Part shown: positions 30,251 to 32,000 of the stretch, in pieces
Position numbering within the stretch: the stretch's first letter is position 1
Layout of the letters: every line of letters begins with the position of its first letter
Assembly: GCF_900105015.1 (NCBI RefSeq)
Contig: NZ_FNLK01000012.1
Location: 60,001 to 92,000, forward strand
DNA length: 32,000 nucleotides
Source of the DNA: Schaalia meyeri
GTDB lineage: Bacteria; Actinomycetota; Actinomycetes; Actinomycetales; Actinomycetaceae
Direction: 5' to 3'
Translations under genes and position numbers: made by a program
Notes under the pieces: generated by a model
Told to the model about the DNA's origin: nothing
What the model saw: only the letters and a program-made list of their open reading frames with translations
Databases searched by the model: none

Positions 30251-32000
30251 TTACCCGATCCAGGCGCCCGAAGGCGCGAATTGGTACCAGGTCCAGTTGA
30301 TGAGTTCCCAACCGGTCGCCATGGATCCGTTCCCACGCAGGTAGTACCAGGTGTCTCCTTCCTTGTACCATCCGGTGGTCATCGCTCCGTTGGCGCCCAG
30401 GTGATACCAGGTATCGTTCAGGTTCAGCCAGCCGGTGGCCATGGAGCCGGAGGGGTTCAGGTAGTACCAGGTTCCCCCGTCGCTCAGCCAGCCGGTGCGC
30501 ATGGCTCCGTTACTGGATAGGTAGTACCAGGAGTCGCCGATCTTGGCCCAACCGGTCGCCATCACTCCCGTCGCAGGATCGAGGTAGTACCACTGTCCGC
30601 GGTTCATCAGCCAGCCGTGCTGCTGAGCGCCCGAGGGGCCGTGGAAGTACCAGTTTCCTTTCTCGTAAACCCAGCCAAACTTCAGGTAGCCACTCGCGTC
30701 GAAGCGGTAGGTCTGTCCGTCGATAACCAGGGTCTTGTTGACCGGGTAGGTGCCGTCGGGGTACCTGTACCACCATCCGAAGTAGTTGGACTTCCACTCG
30801 CCGGTGCGAGGCTGGGGCTGGGGGTCCGGCGTAGGAGTGGGGGTCGGATCCGGGGTCGGCGTCGGGTCCGGGGTCGGATCCGGCGCAGGCTTGTCGTTCG
30901 TCACCCAGTACAGGAAGCGCGAGTCGCCGCCGCCGACGCCCTTGAGGGTGACCTGGGAGGTGTCACCCTCACCCAGCTGCACCTCTTTCGTCGTCTTGTC
31001 CGCGGGGTTGACCAGCATCAGGTGCGCGTTGGCGCTCGGCTTCTTCACGGTCAGCGTGATGTCCTGAGCGGTCTCGGACAGCGAGCCGTCATCGGTACGC
31101 GGATCCAGCAGCATCGAGGGGAACTTGGTCGTACCAGTCAGCGCGTTGACCACCATGAAGCCCCTGGGGACGGTGGTCGACTGACCGAAGATCTCCTCGG
31201 ACTTGGCGGCCTCCAGGCCCTCCAGCTGATCGAAGTAGCCGATCACCACGTCGCCCGGCTTGCCGTCGTTGACGGAGCCGACGTTCTTGACCGACACGTC
31301 AACCAGGCCGACGCCCTGGTTCGCAGCCTTGGCCTCGTCGCCCGAGCCGAAGTTGCCGTACCTGTAGCCGCTGAGGGAGGGGTCCTCTCCGCGACCGTTG
31401 TACTGGCCGGGCTTAAGGGCGACGAAGGTCGAGTCCATGGCCTTCGTGTAGTTACCGACGTAGGAAACGTTCCCGAAGATGTTGGAGAACTCGTAGAAGG
31501 AACGCGTGGGCGCGCCGTCGTGGTCGATGATCGAGGAGCGGTCGTAGCCGTTGTACTCCATGCGGAACAGGCCGAACCACTTCTGGCCGGTCGCCAGGCC
31601 CAGGGAGGGCACGATCGATTTCTCGGAAGCCGAGACGTTGGCGTCCCAGTTGTAGTCCAGGTACTGGCCGTACAGGATCGGGCTGGAGCCGTCGCCGGTC
31701 AGGCCCTTGAGGGCGTACTCGCGCTGCTTCTTCCAGGTGTTGGTGTTCAGCAGGCTCGTGACGACGTTGCGCGGAGCCGGCCCCCCATTGGCACCCCAGT
31801 AGTATTTGTCCCAGCTGAGCAGGTCGGGCTTAGCGTTCTCCACGTAGTAGCTCAGGTTCGCGTCGTTGTACCAGGAGGGATCATCCCAGGAGTTGGCGTG
31901 GACGACCGCCCCGGGAATGTTCTGCTTGGACCAGGAGAACCAGTTCTTGAAGCACTCGGACTCGCTTCGGTTGAAGCCTCCCTCGTCGCCGTACTGGATG
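30251..32000 (-). CDS. Secreted/cell-surface protein (C-terminal part): unassigned, possibly glycan-active domain, Pro/Thr/Asp linker, and choline-binding-type cell-wall-binding repeats. Gene continues past the right edge.
   Basis: The minus-strand frame is open from 32000 to the stop at 30251-30253. The track M at 31843 is an internal GTG (Val), and the upstream reading is ...IQYGDEGGFNRSESECFKNWFSWSKQNIPGAVVHANSWDDPSWYNDANLSYYVENAKPDLL. The C-terminal 175 aa form about nine 20-aa GW/WYY repeats. Confidence 0.75.
   Translation of the reverse strand, partial: IQYGDEGGFNRSESECFKNWFSWSKQNIPGAVVHANSWDDPSWYNDANLSYYVENAKPDLLSWDKYYWGANGGPAPRNVVTSLLNTNTWKKQREYALKGLTGDGSSPILYGQYLDYNWDANVSASEKSIVPSLGLATGQKWFGLFRMEYNGYDRSSIIDHDGAPTRSFYEFSNIFGNVSYVGNYTKAMDSTFVALKPGQYNGRGEDPSLSGYRYGNFGSGDEAKAANQGVGLVDVSVKNVGSVNDGKPGDVVIGYFDQLEGLEAAKSEEIFGQSTTVPRGFMVVNALTGTTKFPSMLLDPRTDDGSLSETAQDITLTVKKPSANAHLMLVNPADKTTKEVQLGEGDTSQVTLKGVGGGDSRFLYWVTNDKPAPDPTPDPTPTPDPTPTPTPDPQPQPRTGEWKSNYFGWWYRYPDGTYPVNKTLVIDGQTYRFDASGYLKFGWVYEKGNWYFHGPSGAQQHGWLMNRGQWYYLDPATGVMATGWAKIGDSWYYLSSNGAMRTGWLSDGGTWYYLNPSGSMATGWLNLNDTWYHLGANGAMTTGWYKEGDTWYYLRGNGSMATGWELINWTWYQFAPSGAWIG
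30254..30778 (-). repeat. Coding tandem array of about nine ~60-bp units (CW_binding_1 / choline-binding-type repeats)
   Basis: Peptide units include GQWYYLDPATGVMATGWAKIG, DSWYYLSSNGAMRTGWLSDG, GTWYYLNPSGSMATGWLNLN, DTWYHLGANGAMTTGWYKEG and DTWYYLRGNGSMATGWELIN. The DNA shows the matching recurrence of gtaccaggt / ccagccggt motifs every ~60 nt. Confidence 0.85.
30809..30889 (-). repeat. Low-complexity Pro-Thr-Asp linker coding repeat
   Basis: Encodes PAPDPTPDPTPTPDPTPTPTPDPQPQP. The DNA contains the direct repeat ggggtcggatccgg twice within about 30 nt. Confidence 0.7.

Noticed and set aside
30254-30778. Regular ~60-bp periodicity that could be mistaken for a CRISPR-like or satellite array.
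   Set aside because: There is no repeat/spacer alternation. The periodicity is in-frame and encodes 20-aa cell-wall-binding repeats within a continuous ORF.

Overview
High-GC (by eye about two-thirds G+C) actinobacterial chromosomal segment. Protein sequences and gene order look Actinomycetaceae-like, which is an inference. The backbone is the conserved actinobacterial neighbourhood known from Mycobacterium: glmS, nnr, alr-tsaE-tsaB-rimI, tsaD, groES, whiB3, guaB, guaB3. It lies almost entirely on the minus strand and is interrupted by five blocks. (1) An sdhCAB operon sits between rimI and tsaD. (2) A 7-kb plus-strand block sits between groES and tsaD: a THUMP-like SAM methyltransferase, a GCS2 carboxylate-amine ligase, an MprF-type aminoacyl-lipid synthase whose N-terminal module looks like a catalytically dead rhomboid, and a translationally coupled membrane-anchored esterase. 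(3) A decayed IS30-family element abuts a 27-bp GC hairpin downstream of a groES that has no groEL. (4) A MerR regulator with a CarH/LitR-like C-terminal domain is divergent from whiB3 across a 43% GC spacer. (5) A ~52% GC orphan membrane-protein gene is wedged between guaB3 and a DEDDh exonuclease. I call 26 CDS (2 run off the window edges), 1 IS30 transposase pseudogene, a CIRCE operator, several hairpin terminators and one coding tandem-repeat array. I see no rRNA, tRNA, CRISPR array or recognisable canonical defence system. The best candidates for undescribed biology are the rhomboid-like/aaPGS fusion with its coupled esterase (12877-17135) and the compositionally foreign orphan gene (486-1202). 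All family calls come from motif recognition by eye, and no database search was run.
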